Of a stretch of DNA of 61,270 bases, positions 33,846-45,999 are shown piece by piece. The position numbers and the translations under genes were made by a program. Numbering within the stretch: position 1 is the first letter of the stretch; each line of letters opens with the position of its first letter. The notes below the pieces were generated by a model. That model was not told the origin of the DNA, made no database searches, and was given only the letters and a program-made list of their open reading frames with translations. This DNA is from an uncultured Clostridium sp. (GTDB lineage: Bacteria; Bacillota; Clostridia; TANB77; CAG-508). The DNA lies in the NCBI GenBank assembly GCA_948468275.1, contig CAOKHI010000004.1, forward strand, positions 1 through 61,270, given 5' to 3'.

Positions 33846-36635
33846 ATGAGTAATAAAAAAGGTAGTAAATCTAATAAAAATGATAAGACTAAAAAGATAA
33901 AAACAGTTAATGATGATGCAAAAACAAAAAGAATAGATACAGTAGATGAAAATACCAATAAAAATAAGATAAAGAAGGAGAAGAAGCCAGGTAAGACTAA
34001 GAAAAAGGGGAAACATAGAAAATTAAAATTGTTTTTGAAAATAGTTTTAGTATTATTTGTTTTGGTTGCAATTGTTGTTGGAGGAGTTATAGCAGGAGTT
34101 ATTTTTGGATTATTTGGAGATGAACTTAAAATAACAAAAGAAACATTTGCTATAGAAACACAAAATACAGTGTTGCTAGATAAAAATGGAAATCAAATTG
34201 CAACATTAAATGGAGAGGAAAACAGAGAAGTAATAACATTAAATGAAATGGGTAAATATTTACCAGAAGCATTTATTTCAATTGAAGACGAAAGATTTAA
34301 GTCACATAGTGGGGTTGACATTCTTAGAACATTAAAGGCTACTTTAAACTATATGATGAAAGGAGATTCTTCTTATGGTGGAAGTACAATAACTCAGCAA
34401 TTAGTTAAAAATGCTACAGGAGATAACGATAAATCACCAATAAGAAAAATAAAAGAAATTGTAAGAGCATATCAAACAGAAAGTATATATTCAAAAGATC
34501 AAATCCTTGAGGCATATTTAAATACAATTCCATTAGGTGGTGGAGGAAAAAATGTATATGGTGTTGAAATTGCTACTAGATATTATTTTGATAAAAAACC
34601 AATAGATTTAACAATTGCAGAAGCAGCATATATAGCAGGAATAACACATTCACCAAATATATATAATCCATTTAAAGAAAATCCTAATACAGAAAAAATA
34701 GCAAAAAGAACCAAAACAGTTCTTGCAAAAATGAAAGAATTAGGAAAAATAGATGAAGCTCAACATACAGAAGCAGTTCAAATAGTAGAACAAGGATTAC
34801 CTTTTAAAGAGGGTGTAATAACATCTAATAATGATTTAACACAACATGAAGAAGCAGCTTTAAAACAAGTTGTAAATGATTATGCACAAAAAACAAACTT
34901 AGAGTATAAAGTAGCTTTAACTAAAATTAAAGGTGGAGGCTATAAGATATATACAACAGAAGATAAAGCAATACAAACAAGACTTGAGGAAGAATATAAA
35001 AAAGAAAAGTATATAGGAAAAGGAAATAAAAAGAAAGAAGATGGTTCATTATTAAATGAACAAACTCAATCATCAATGACAATTATTGAAAATTCTACAG
35101 GATATGTAGTAGGATGTATAGGAGTACTTGGAGAAAAAACAGCTTATGGAATAAATAGAGCAACAGATGATCCTCATCAACCAGGTTCTTCAATAAAACC
35201 AATTGCAACAATTGCACCTTCTTTAGAAGAAGGAGTTATAACAGCAGCAAGTGTTATAGATGATTCTCCAAAATCTTGGGGAGGATATACACCACATAAT
35301 GCATATGCAGGTTATAAAGGATTACTAAACATAAGAAAAATGATAGAGCTATCTTCTAATGTACCAGAAGTAAAATTAATGCAAAAATTAACACCAGCAA
35401 AATCAGTACAGTATTTGAAAAATTTTGGATTAGGTCATATAGATACAAAAAAAGATGAAGCATTGTCAACAGCATTAGGTGGACTTACAACAGGTGCAAC
35501 ATCATTAGAGATGGCAGGAGCATATGCAACAATTGCAAATGGTGGAGAATATATAGAGCCAACATTTTATACCAAAGTAGAAGATGCTAGTGGAAAAGTA
35601 ATTTTAGAAGCAGAGCAAGAAAGAAGAAGAGTATTATCAGACAAAAATGCATATATATTACAAACTATATTAAAAGAACCAGTTTATGGAGCAAATGGAA
35701 CAGGAGGAGGAGCAAGAATTTCTGGTCAAGAAGTGCGTGGAAAAACAGGTTCAACAGATGATTATTCAGATAGATGGTTTTGCGGATTTACACCATACTA
35801 TTCAGCAGCAACTTGGTTTGGTTATGATAAAATAGAAACTACTTCAATGACAAGAGGAACAAATAGAGCATTATCTATATGGGTAGCAGTTATGAAAGAT
35901 ATTCATAGTGGACTTGAAGCAAAGAATTATGAAAAACCAAGTGGAATAGTAAATGGTGGAGTATGTAGAGATTCAGGATTACTTGCAACAGAGCTTTGTA
36001 AACAAGATCCAAGAGGATCAAGAGCTTATAGTGAAATATTTGCAGCAGGAACTGTACCTACTAAAGCTTGTACAACTCATGTAAAAATAAAAATATGTAA
36101 AGAAACAGGAAAAATAGCAAATGAATTTTGTAAAGATGTAGAAGAAAAGGTATTTATAACAAGAGAAAATAGTGATAGGGATATGTCATGGAAAAATACA
36201 GCAGATGCACAATATATGGCACCAATTGATACATGTGATGTACATACTTTAGCACCAGATACAGAAAAACCAGTAATAACATTAAATTTAGATAACAAAA
36301 CTAGCATTACTTTAAAACCAAATGATAAATATGATGCAAAAGATGCTACTGCAAAAGATAATATAGATGGTGATTTAACAGATAAAATTAAAAGAGAAAT
36401 AAAAAAAGACGGAAAAACAGTTGATAAAGTAGACACATCTAAAGAAGGAACATATAATATAACATATACAGTATCTGATGCAGCAGGAAATACTGCAACA
36501 AAAACAAGAACAATAACAATAAAGAAAGAAACATCAGGAAACAATAATACAGTAAATAATACTAATACAACAAACACAGTAACAAATACTACAAAACCAA
36601 CTACTAATACAACAAATACTACTAAAAAACATTAG
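33846..36635 (+). CDS. Class A penicillin-binding protein (PBP1A family) with C-terminal Ig-like domain
   Basis: EDERF, GGSTITQQL, SSIK, SSN, KTG motifs. Confidence 0.95.
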   Translation: MSNKKGSKSNKNDKTKKIKTVNDDAKTKRIDTVDENTNKNKIKKEKKPGKTKKKGKHRKLKLFLKIVLVLFVLVAIVVGGVIAGVIFGLFGDELKITKETFAIETQNTVLLDKNGNQIATLNGEENREVITLNEMGKYLPEAFISIEDERFKSHSGVDILRTLKATLNYMMKGDSSYGGSTITQQLVKNATGDNDKSPIRKIKEIVRAYQTESIYSKDQILEAYLNTIPLGGGGKNVYGVEIATRYYFDKKPIDLTIAEAAYIAGITHSPNIYNPFKENPNTEKIAKRTKTVLAKMKELGKIDEAQHTEAVQIVEQGLPFKEGVITSNNDLTQHEEAALKQVVNDYAQKTNLEYKVALTKIKGGGYKIYTTEDKAIQTRLEEEYKKEKYIGKGNKKKEDGSLLNEQTQSSMTIIENSTGYVVGCIGVLGEKTAYGINRATDDPHQPGSSIKPIATIAPSLEEGVITAASVIDDSPKSWGGYTPHNAYAGYKGLLNIRKMIELSSNVPEVKLMQKLTPAKSVQYLKNFGLGHIDTKKDEALSTALGGLTTGATSLEMAGAYATIANGGEYIEPTFYTKVEDASGKVILEAEQERRRVLSDKNAYILQTILKEPVYGANGTGGGARISGQEVRGKTGSTDDYSDRWFCGFTPYYSAATWFGYDKIETTSMTRGTNRALSIWVAVMKDIHSGLEAKNYEKPSGIVNGGVCRDSGLLATELCKQDPRGSRAYSEIFAAGTVPTKACTTHVKIKICKETGKIANEFCKDVEEKVFITRENSDRDMSWKNTADAQYMAPIDTCDVHTLAPDTEKPVITLNLDNKTSITLKPNDKYDAKDATAKDNIDGDLTDKIKREIKKDGKTVDKVDTSKEGTYNITYTVSDAAGNTATKTRTITIKKETSGNNNTVNNTNTTNTVTNTTKPTTNTTNTTKKH

Positions 36636-36699
36636 TATAAAAAGGCTTCATTGCTAATTTCGATGAAGCCTATATTTTTAGAGTAGGAAGGAGAGCTTT

Positions 36700-38088
36700 A
36701 TGGATATAAAGTTTTATAATACTTTAACCAAAAAAGAGGAAATATTTAGACCTATAGATAAAAATGTTGTAAAATTATATTCTTGTGGACCAACAGTGTA
36801 TAAGGATGCAACAATAGGAAACATGAGAACAAATATATTCATGGATACATTAAGAAGAGTTTTAAAATATAATGGATATACTTTAAAACATGTAATGAAT
36901 ATAACAGATGTAGGCCATTTAGTTTCTGATGCAGATGAAGGAGAAGATAAAATGCTAAAATCTGCAAAAGAAGAAGGAAAATCACCATTAGAAATTGCAG
37001 AATTTTATACAAATAGATTTTTAAAAGATTTAGATGATTTAAACATAGATAAACCAGAGATTATATGTAAAGCAACAGACCATATAAATGAAATGATAGA
37101 TTTTGTTAAAGGATTAGTAGAAAATGGGTATGCATATGAAACATCAACTGCTATATATTTTGATGTTTCAAAATTAGATGAATATGGAATTTTATCTGGA
37201 ATTAATTTAGAGGAGCAAAAAGCAGGAGCAAGAGTTGAATTGGATAAAGAAAAGAAAAATCCATATGATTTTGCATTATGGATAAAGGCACCAAAAAATC
37301 ATCTTATGAAATGGGATAGTCCATGGGGATTATGCTATCCAGGGTGGCACATAGAATGTTCTGCAATGGGAAAAAAATATTTAGGTAAAGAATTTGATAT
37401 ACATACAGGTGGAATAGATTTAATTCCTACACACCATGAGAATGAAATAGCACAAAGTAAAGGATTAACAGGAAATAATCCAGCAAGATTTTGGATGCAT
37501 GGAGAATTTTTGCTAATTAATGGTGGAAAAATGTCTAAGAGTTTAGGTAATGTATATTTATTAAAAGATATCATAGAAAGAGGATATTTACCACTTGCAT
37601 ATAAAATGTTTTGTTTTTCATCAAATTATAGAAATAAGCTTAATTTTACATGGGAAGCAATAGATGCAGCCAATAAGTCGTTAATAAAATTAAAAGATGC
37701 ATATGCAAAGCATTTAGAAGGAAAAGAAGATATAACAGATGAAATTATATGTGATTATGAAAATAGATTTCATGAAGCTATTAATAATGATTTAAATATG
37801 CCTCTTGCACTAAGTATTGTTTGGGAAGCTGCTAAAAATCCAACTAAGTCTAAAAAAATAGCAAAATTATTATTAAAATTTGATACAGTAATGGGATTAA
37901 AAATAGATGAACAAATAGAAATTAAAATACAAATACCAGAAGAGATAAAACAATTAGTAGAAAAAAGAAAACAAGCCAAAGAAAATAAAAATTGGGAATT
38001 AGCAGACAAAATAAGGGAGGAAATAAATGAAAAAGGTTATATGTTAAAAGACACAAAAGATGGCACATTAATAGAAAAGTTATTGTAA
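36700..38088 (+). CDS. cysS: Cysteine-tRNA ligase
   Basis: CGPTVY, PGWHIECSAM, HHENE, KMSKS. Confidence 0.98.
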   Translation: MDIKFYNTLTKKEEIFRPIDKNVVKLYSCGPTVYKDATIGNMRTNIFMDTLRRVLKYNGYTLKHVMNITDVGHLVSDADEGEDKMLKSAKEEGKSPLEIAEFYTNRFLKDLDDLNIDKPEIICKATDHINEMIDFVKGLVENGYAYETSTAIYFDVSKLDEYGILSGINLEEQKAGARVELDKEKKNPYDFALWIKAPKNHLMKWDSPWGLCYPGWHIECSAMGKKYLGKEFDIHTGGIDLIPTHHENEIAQSKGLTGNNPARFWMHGEFLLINGGKMSKSLGNVYLLKDIIERGYLPLAYKMFCFSSNYRNKLNFTWEAIDAANKSLIKLKDAYAKHLEGKEDITDEIICDYENRFHEAINNDLNMPLALSIVWEAAKNPTKSKKIAKLLLKFDTVMGLKIDEQIEIKIQIPEEIKQLVEKRKQAKENKNWELADKIREEINEKGYMLKDTKDGTLIEKLL

Positions 38089-38167
38089 CCATTGTAAAAA
38101 ATGAAATACTGGTGTAAAATATACAAAAATAGGTATAATAATAAAAAAGAAAAAGGAGAAAATCTAT

Positions 38168-39208
38168 ATGACACAAGATAAAAATATGGGATTTTTTACA
38201 AGAGTTATAACAAGTATAAAAGATTTTGATAAATATCAGATTTTCGCAACTGAAAATATACCAGTTGCAATAAAATATTTATTAAAAATTATGATTATAT
38301 TTGTAGTACTAGTAGTATGTATATATACTTATAAGTTTTCTATAACAGTAAATAATGCTATAAATTATTTTAAAGAAGATATAACACAGATAAAATACAG
38401 TGATGGGAGTTTGCAAATTAATTCAGACCAGCCAACAATAATAGATACAACAGGTGAGATAATAGAAAAAATAATTATAGACACAGGAGCAAATGAAGAA
38501 AAGCAAAAAGAATATATAGATAAAATAAATAGTAATTCTACTGCAGTTATTTTCTTAAAAGATAAAATTGTATTAAAAAACCAAATGATAACACAATCTA
38601 TGGAGTATAAATATGCAGATATTGCAAAAAATTATTTAATAGGGAATTTTGAAAAAGAGGATGTGCTAAACGCTATTTCAAATGTAAATATAGTTGGCAT
38701 ATATGTTATGTTCTTTATAACAATGTTTATATACTTATTTATAATTTATATTACAAGTACTTTAATAGACGTATTAATGCTAGCAGTATTAGGCTTTTTA
38801 GTTTCAAGAATTGCTAGAATGAAACTTAGATTTAAAGCCACATATAATATGGCAATATATGCATTAACATTACCAATAATATTAAATTTAATATATATAA
38901 TAATAAATTCATTAACAGGAATTACAGTACAGTATTTTAATTGGATGTATACAACTATATCATATATTTACATTATAATTGCTATATTAATGATAAAAAC
39001 TGATTTAATAAATAAAGAGATGGAATTAATGAAAATAGTACAAGAGCAAAAGAAGGTAAAAGAAGAAATACAAAAACAAAAAGAAGACCAAAATGAAGAA
39101 GAACTAAAGAAAAAAGAAGATAATAAAAAAGATAAAGAAAATGAAGAAGCAGATGATTCTAACAAAGATAATAATTTAGGAGATAATAACTTAGCTCCAC
39201 AAGGTTAG
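38168..39208 (+). CDS. DUF1189-like membrane protein
   Basis: TM pattern with YALTLP motif and charged tail. Confidence 0.6.
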   Translation: MTQDKNMGFFTRVITSIKDFDKYQIFATENIPVAIKYLLKIMIIFVVLVVCIYTYKFSITVNNAINYFKEDITQIKYSDGSLQINSDQPTIIDTTGEIIEKIIIDTGANEEKQKEYIDKINSNSTAVIFLKDKIVLKNQMITQSMEYKYADIAKNYLIGNFEKEDVLNAISNVNIVGIYVMFFITMFIYLFIIYITSTLIDVLMLAVLGFLVSRIARMKLRFKATYNMAIYALTLPIILNLIYIIINSLTGITVQYFNWMYTTISYIYIIIAILMIKTDLINKEMELMKIVQEQKKVKEEIQKQKEDQNEEELKKKEDNKKDKENEEADDSNKDNNLGDNNLAPQG

Positions 39209-39237
39209 AACATTAAATAAAATGAAAGGACGTAAAA

Positions 39238-41028
39238 ATGGATAAAAAAGAAAACAAGAAAAATAATAAAAAACAATTATATGCATTATTAACTATAGCA
39301 ACTTTACTTATAATAACAGTATTTGTATTTGCAATATATATGCTAGAAACAAAAAATAAAGATGATGATACACAAATATCGTATACAGAATTAATAAAAC
39401 AAATAAATGAAGGTGCAGTAGAAAAAATTGAGATGACAGTAGGAAGTACTTCTATAAAAGTGAAACTAAAAAATCAAGAAGAGGAAAAAAAGGCGATTGT
39501 ACCTAGTACACAAGCATTTATAGAACTTGTTCAAAAAAAGGTTGAAGATGGAAATGATGAAATAGAATTAAAACAATATAGACAAAGTGCAATTTCAAAA
39601 ATTCCAACAACTTTATTTAGTATATTACCAACAATAATGATGGTAGCATTGTTTGTATTAATATTTAAAATGCAAGGTTTAGGGGACAAAGGCAAAATAT
39701 ATGATGGGCAAGAAAATACAACAGATATACGTTTTGATGATATAGCAGGTTTAGACGAAGAAAAAGCAGAATTAATAGAAATTGTAGATTTTCTAAAAGA
39801 GCCAAAACGTTTTTATGATATGGGAGCAAAAATACCAAAAGGAATACTATTATATGGAAAGCCTGGAACAGGAAAAACATTAATAGCAAAGGCAATAGCA
39901 GGAGAAGCAGGGGTTCCATTTATATCTATGAGTGGTTCAGAATTTATAGAAATGTTTGCAGGACTTGGAGCATCAAGAGTAAGAAAGTTATTTGAAAGAG
40001 CAAGAAAGTTATCTCCATGTATAGTATTTATAGATGAAATTGATGCAATTGGTTCTAGAAGAACTAGCCAAAGTGGAGCAGAATCTGAAAATAATCAAAC
40101 ACTAAATCAATTATTAGTTGAGATGGATGGATTTGAAAAAAATGAAACAATAATAGTGCTTGCAGCAACCAATAGACCAGAGATGTTAGACAAAGCTTTA
40201 CTACGTCCAGGAAGGTTTGACAGACAAATAACAATAGCTCCACCAGATGTAAGAGGAAGGGAAGAAATACTAAAAATCCATTCAAAAGAAAAGAAATTTG
40301 CAGAAGATGTAACTTTGAAAAGTATTGCAGAAGATACAGCAGGATTTACAGGAGCAGAACTTGCCAATATATTAAATGAATCAGCAATTGTTGCAACAAT
40401 AAACAAACATGAAGCTATTGAACAATCAGATATAGAAGAAGCTGTAAAAAAGGTAGTAGTAGGGCTTAAGAAAAATAGTAGAGTAATATCTGATAAAGAA
40501 AAAAGATTAACAGCGTACCATGAAGCAGGACATGCAATAGTTGGAAGATGTTTAGATACAGTAGAGGACTTAAAAGAAATATCTATAATACCAAGAGGTG
40601 TAGCAGGTGGATACACAATGTACAAAACGAATGAGGATAAATTCTACAAATCTAAAACAGAGATGGAAGAAAAGCTAATAGGATTGTTAGGAGGACGAGT
40701 AGCAGAAAAATTAGCACTAAACGATATTTCAACAGGAGCAAGAAATGATATACAAGTAGCAACACAGATTGCAAAAGATATGGTAACAGTATATGGAATG
40801 AGTGAAGCACTAGGACCAATATCATTAGAAGATCAAGAAACACTAGCAGTATTTGGACAAGACATAGAAGATGTAATAGGAGAAGAAGTAAAAACATTAA
40901 TAGATACAGCATATAAAAGAGCAGAACAAATACTAAAAAATAATATAGAAAAATTAGAAATAGTAGCAAATACTTTACTAGAAAGAGAAACGATTTCAGC
41001 TGAGGAGTTTGAGGAAATAATTAAATAA
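39238..41028 (+). CDS. ftsH: ATP-dependent zinc metalloprotease FtsH
   Basis: GKPGTGKT, DEID, ALLRPGRFDR, HEAGH. Confidence 0.97.
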   Translation: MDKKENKKNNKKQLYALLTIATLLIITVFVFAIYMLETKNKDDDTQISYTELIKQINEGAVEKIEMTVGSTSIKVKLKNQEEEKKAIVPSTQAFIELVQKKVEDGNDEIELKQYRQSAISKIPTTLFSILPTIMMVALFVLIFKMQGLGDKGKIYDGQENTTDIRFDDIAGLDEEKAELIEIVDFLKEPKRFYDMGAKIPKGILLYGKPGTGKTLIAKAIAGEAGVPFISMSGSEFIEMFAGLGASRVRKLFERARKLSPCIVFIDEIDAIGSRRTSQSGAESENNQTLNQLLVEMDGFEKNETIIVLAATNRPEMLDKALLRPGRFDRQITIAPPDVRGREEILKIHSKEKKFAEDVTLKSIAEDTAGFTGAELANILNESAIVATINKHEAIEQSDIEEAVKKVVVGLKKNSRVISDKEKRLTAYHEAGHAIVGRCLDTVEDLKEISIIPRGVAGGYTMYKTNEDKFYKSKTEMEEKLIGLLGGRVAEKLALNDISTGARNDIQVATQIAKDMVTVYGMSEALGPISLEDQETLAVFGQDIEDVIGEEVKTLIDTAYKRAEQILKNNIEKLEIVANTLLERETISAEEFEEIIK

Positions 41029-41236
41029 AAGAAAGATATATATAAATTCTATGACTGGTATGTAATGCCAATTATAGAATTTTTTTTAAGAAATAAATAG
41101 ATTATGGAAATAAACACACAATTAGCATAATATATAATTTCCAAAAGCAAAAAAAGTAATTGACCTAATAAAGAAATAAATATATAATATGAATATAATT
41201 TTTGAAGTAGGAAAAATAGATACGAAAGGGGAAAGG

Positions 41237-42667
41237 ATGGAAAAAGAAACGATTAAAAGAAAAAGTTATAAAAGTAATAATGCAATAACATTAGTAATAG
41301 TGATAATATTAGTAGGATTGGCGATAAATTTCGTAATAAATAAAGTAGTGTTGGAAAAAACAGATATTGAAACACACAAATATTTAAGCCAACAAGATAA
41401 AGAACAAAAAGAATTAGAAGAACTATATAGTAAAATAAATGGAAATGAGCAATTACCAGAAAATAATAAAGATATAAAGGTAGGCACAATAGTAAAATTA
41501 GAAGATAAATGGATAAAAACGACACCATCATTAATATCAACACAAACTAAAAAAGAGATAGAAAGCTCAATAAAAGTATCAACAGTGTATGCAGTATCAA
41601 CAGGGCAAGGAGAAACAGTTCCTGTTCCAATAGGATTTTATTATGTAGGTGGAAAAATAAATGAAGGCGTAATAATATCAGATAATGAAGAAGATAGATA
41701 TGAAGATGGAGTAGATAAAACATCTCATGAATATGCAACGAAATTAAAAGGAAATCAGTTTGTATGGATACCTTGCAAGTTAGAAGACTATAAAAAAATA
41801 GATTGGGGTAAAGAAAATGCTAAATGGGATATGGAAATATCAGAAGCAGAAAAAGTACAGGTAGAAAAATATGGGGGATTTTATATAGGTAGATATGAAG
41901 CAGGAGTATCCACATATAATGAGCTAACAGGTAATTTTGAAAATAGTGTAATATTTAATAATAATGCATTATTACACAATGGAGTAACTACACAAACAGG
42001 AATAAATAATTGGACAGGACAAAATTATGATTATATAGCAAGACAAGAAGGAACTATAGTAACAACAGGAACTAATAAAGCAACAGGAAATATAGTAGAA
42101 AAAGCAAATAGTATACCATACAATTTTGCAGATTATTATACAGCAGTAGAGATGACAAGAAGAATGTATGAAAATCATGAATCTGTAATAAGTGGATTAG
42201 TAACAGGGACACAGTGGGACATGATGATGAAATATATGCAAGAAAATGGAGTAGATGTATTAACATCTAATTGGGGAAATTATGATGATGTAAGATTAAC
42301 AGATTTACGAGGATATTATGCAGATCAAACACTACAAGGAGGGGCAAGCCAATTTAAAAGTGTAAATGAAATTACAGGAACAAATGCAGAAAAAGGTACA
42401 CGTGTATTATTAACAACAGGTTCAACTGAGCAAGTAAAAAGGAAAAATCTATATGATGTAGCAGGAAACTTATGGGAATGGACTACGGAAACAGCATATA
42501 GAGCTGACATAAATTATAATAATAATACAACATACAACACATACATGCTTCGTGGAGGGTGCTTATATTCTGATTATGATAATTGGCCAGTAGTAGTACG
42601 TGGAAATAGTTATGCAAGTATGGCTAATTTTATTCGCGGATTTCGCCCTATGATTTATATGAAGTAG
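41237..42667 (+). CDS. Pilin-like protein (degenerate prepilin head) with FGE-sulfatase/C-type-lectin fold
   Basis: NAITLVIVIILVG; GNQFVWIP, GGFYIGRYEAG, YDVAGNLWEW, RGG, GFRP. Confidence 0.8.
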   Translation: MEKETIKRKSYKSNNAITLVIVIILVGLAINFVINKVVLEKTDIETHKYLSQQDKEQKELEELYSKINGNEQLPENNKDIKVGTIVKLEDKWIKTTPSLISTQTKKEIESSIKVSTVYAVSTGQGETVPVPIGFYYVGGKINEGVIISDNEEDRYEDGVDKTSHEYATKLKGNQFVWIPCKLEDYKKIDWGKENAKWDMEISEAEKVQVEKYGGFYIGRYEAGVSTYNELTGNFENSVIFNNNALLHNGVTTQTGINNWTGQNYDYIARQEGTIVTTGTNKATGNIVEKANSIPYNFADYYTAVEMTRRMYENHESVISGLVTGTQWDMMMKYMQENGVDVLTSNWGNYDDVRLTDLRGYYADQTLQGGASQFKSVNEITGTNAEKGTRVLLTTGSTEQVKRKNLYDVAGNLWEWTTETAYRADINYNNNTTYNTYMLRGGCLYSDYDNWPVVVRGNSYASMANFIRGFRPMIYMK

Positions 42668-42854
42668 AGGAGTTTTTAGTTTTTATATTATGGAAAAGAG
42701 ATGTGTAATTCTAATAGAGTTATGCATTTTTTTATGTTTCTAACAAAAGAGATAAGTAAGTAAAGATTACATATAATTATAAGGGGAATTATATAAATTT
42801 TATGGTGATGTATGGATTGCTTAAATATAATTTAAGGCTATGGAGGTGGATGCT

Positions 42855-44052
42855 TTGAAACAAAGTATAAGACTTATATTAATTATTATGGCAGCAATAT
42901 TACTGCTATTAATGGTTAAATACGTATTATATGCAAATAATGTAAAAAACAAACAAAAGGAATTAAAAATAGCACAACAAGAAGTCATAAAAGCAGATAC
43001 AAATGAGGAAATTGAAAATTATATGTTTGATGAGTTATTAAATTATGAAAAAGCTAAAGAAAAATTAGAAAAAATGAGTTTAGATGAAAAAGTAAGTCAA
43101 ATGTTTTTAGTAAGATGCCCTAAAAATCGGTGCAAATGATATGGTGAAAATATATCAACCAGGAGGGTATATTTTGTTTGCAAGGGATTTTGAAGGTAAA
43201 ACAAAAGAACAAGTAATTAGTATGTTACAAGAGTTTCAAAATAACAGTAAAATAGCAATGATTTTAGGGGTTGATGAAGAAGGTGGAAAGGTGTGTAGAG
43301 TTAGTATTAATTCTAATTTATCTAAATATAAGTTTAAATCACCTCAAGAATTATATAAAGAAGGTGGATTTGAAAGGATATATGCAGATACAATAGAAAA
43401 ATCTAAATTATTAACAAGTTTAGGAATAAATATGAATTTAGCACCAGTAGCAGATGTTTCAGAAAATAAGTCAGATTATATATATGAAAGGACTTTTGGA
43501 AAAGATGCAAAAGAAACTTCTAAATATATACAAACAGTAGTAACTGCAATGAAAAGTGAAAATATTGCATGTACATTAAAACATTTTCCAGGATATGGAA
43601 ACAACAAAGATAGTCATACAGATGTAACCATTGATAATAGACAAATAGATGAATTGGAAAAATCTGATTTTCTACCATTTAAAACAGGAATAGAAGCTGG
43701 AGCGCAATCTATATTAGTATCTCATAATATAGTAAATGCAATAGATTCCCATTTTCCAGCATCACTTTCAATAAAAGTGCATAGTTTATTAAGAGAAAAA
43801 TTTGAATTTGAAGGTTTAATAATAACAGATGATTTAGCTATGAATGCAACAAAGAAGTTCGCAAATGTAGAAGAATTAGCAATAATGGCAGTAGAAGCGG
43901 GAAATGATTTAATAATAACATCAGACTTTATAAAGCAAAGAGAAGCAATAATTAATGCTGTAAAAAGCAATAGAATAGATGAGCAAATAATAAATAGAGC
44001 AGTAATAAGAATATTAGCATATAAATATTACATTATTCCTGGATTATTATAA
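42855..44052 (+). CDS. GH3 beta-N-acetylhexosaminidase (NagZ-like), 398 aa if the C at 43128 is skipped
   Basis: MSLDEKVSQMF, DEEGG, NLAPVAD, KHFPGYG, ITDDL. Confidence 0.9.
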
Positions 44053-44396
44053 TGTTATTATTTAATTTAATCCTTAATAATTTCTTCCTAAGACAATATA
44101 TTTTGCACCTGCATATAGCAGTTGATTAAGGAGAAGAGCTTTCAATACCTAATTCTTCTAAAAATCTACTAAATTAGGTAATTCATTTTTCACAATCATG
44201 TAACTGTTTTTCTAAGTATATAGTGTTGTAGCTATTAAAAAAATGAGTAAACAGGTTATGAAAATGAATGCACAATAAGGAAAATATTTGTACACTATCA
44301 GTAAAAAACTAATTGACTAAAAAAAGAAAAAAATATATAATGTGAATATAATTTTTAAAGAAGGAAAAAATAAAAAAGAAGTACGAAAGGAGTAAA

Positions 44397-45999
44397 ATGG
44401 AAAGAAAAAATAAAGTAAATGTAAATGTTAGAAAAAACAAAGGAATAACATTAATAGCATTGGTAATAACAATACTAATATTATTAATATTAGCGGGAGT
44501 AACAATTGTAATTATAATGGGAGATAATGGTTTAATAAATAGAGCAAACGATACAAAGATTGCAACAGATATAGAAAGTATAAAGGAAGAAATAAAAATA
44601 GATATATTAGATAAGCAGCTAGAAAATAAAGGAAAGATATCAGATGATATGTTAAAGGGAATATTAGAAAAGTATGGTGAATTATCCAAAGAAGAAAAAT
44701 TAATAGATAAAACATTAACAACAACAAAAGGAAACTATGAAATAAAAGTATCAGATATATTTAATGGAACAACTGCAAAAGAACCAGTAATAGCAGACAA
44801 GAGTGGAGCAAATTCACCCAATATAAAAAACTTTGCACAAAAAACATATGTGACATGGGATTTAAACGAAGCAGGAACAGAATATGTAATAAATGATAAA
44901 CAAACAACACAGCCAGATAATTGGTATGATTATGAAAATGGAAAATGGGCAAACATAAAAACAACAAATAAAGTAAGTGATACAGAAACATTAGAAGCAT
45001 ATTGGGTATGGATACCAAGATATGAATATATAGTACCAACTTCTACAACAGCAACTGAAATACAAGTAAGATTTATAGGAACAGATAAAAAAGAAGGGAC
45101 AGAAGGATATACAAAACAAACTGATGGAACAATAAAATCAAGTGATGGATATACCATACATCCAACTTTTACAAATGAAGGAAATGGAGGATTTGGAGAA
45201 CTAGATGGAATATGGGTAGCAAAATTTGAAGCAGTAAGCAATACTTCTAACATATCAGATGGTGGGGGGAATGATTCGAATTTAAAAGTTCAGTCAATAC
45301 CAAATCAGCCAAGTTGGAGAAATATCCAAACAACAAATATATTTACAGTATGTAGAAAAATGACGAATGAAGGAGAAGTATTAGAAGGTTCAACTGTAGA
45401 TAGTCATATGATGAAAAATATAGAATGGGGAGCAGTAGCAATATTAAGCCAAAGTAAATATGGAATATTTAACCCACAAAGTAATATAAAAGATCCAATA
45501 GATGGAACAAGTAGACGAATATGGAATAATCCAAGTAGTTCATATATTACAGGTTCAGTTGGAAGTTCAGAAGATGATAAAAGTAAATCGAGTGTAAATG
45601 CATATAATTCAACAAATGGACCAAAAGCAAGTACAACAGGAACTGTATATGGAGTATATGATATGGCAGGAGGAAGTTGGGAATATGTGGCTGGATGTTT
45701 AAATGGACAAGAAAATGCTAAATTTGGAGTAACAGCAGGAGATAGCAAATATGTAGATTTATATACAAATTCAAGCAATTCTTCTACAAACTATGACGGA
45801 GCAAAAATAGGAGATGCAACAAAAGAAACGAAAAAATGGAATGGCAACTACTCTGACTTTGTATACTTATCTTACCCAGTTTTCATACGTGGTCGGTAGT
45901 TACGATAATGGCACACTTGCAGGAGTGCTTGCATTCGGCAACACCATCCCAGGGTTTGCTGACAGCTACAACAGTTTCCGTGTGGTGTTAGTCCCATAA
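44397..45999 (+). CDS. Type IV pilin-like protein with C-type-lectin fold and candidate DGR variable region, 533 aa if the C at 45894 is skipped
   Basis: KGITLIALVITILILLILAG; YWVWIPRY, GIWVAKFE, YDMAGGSWEY, RG-G, SFRVVL. Confidence 0.85.
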
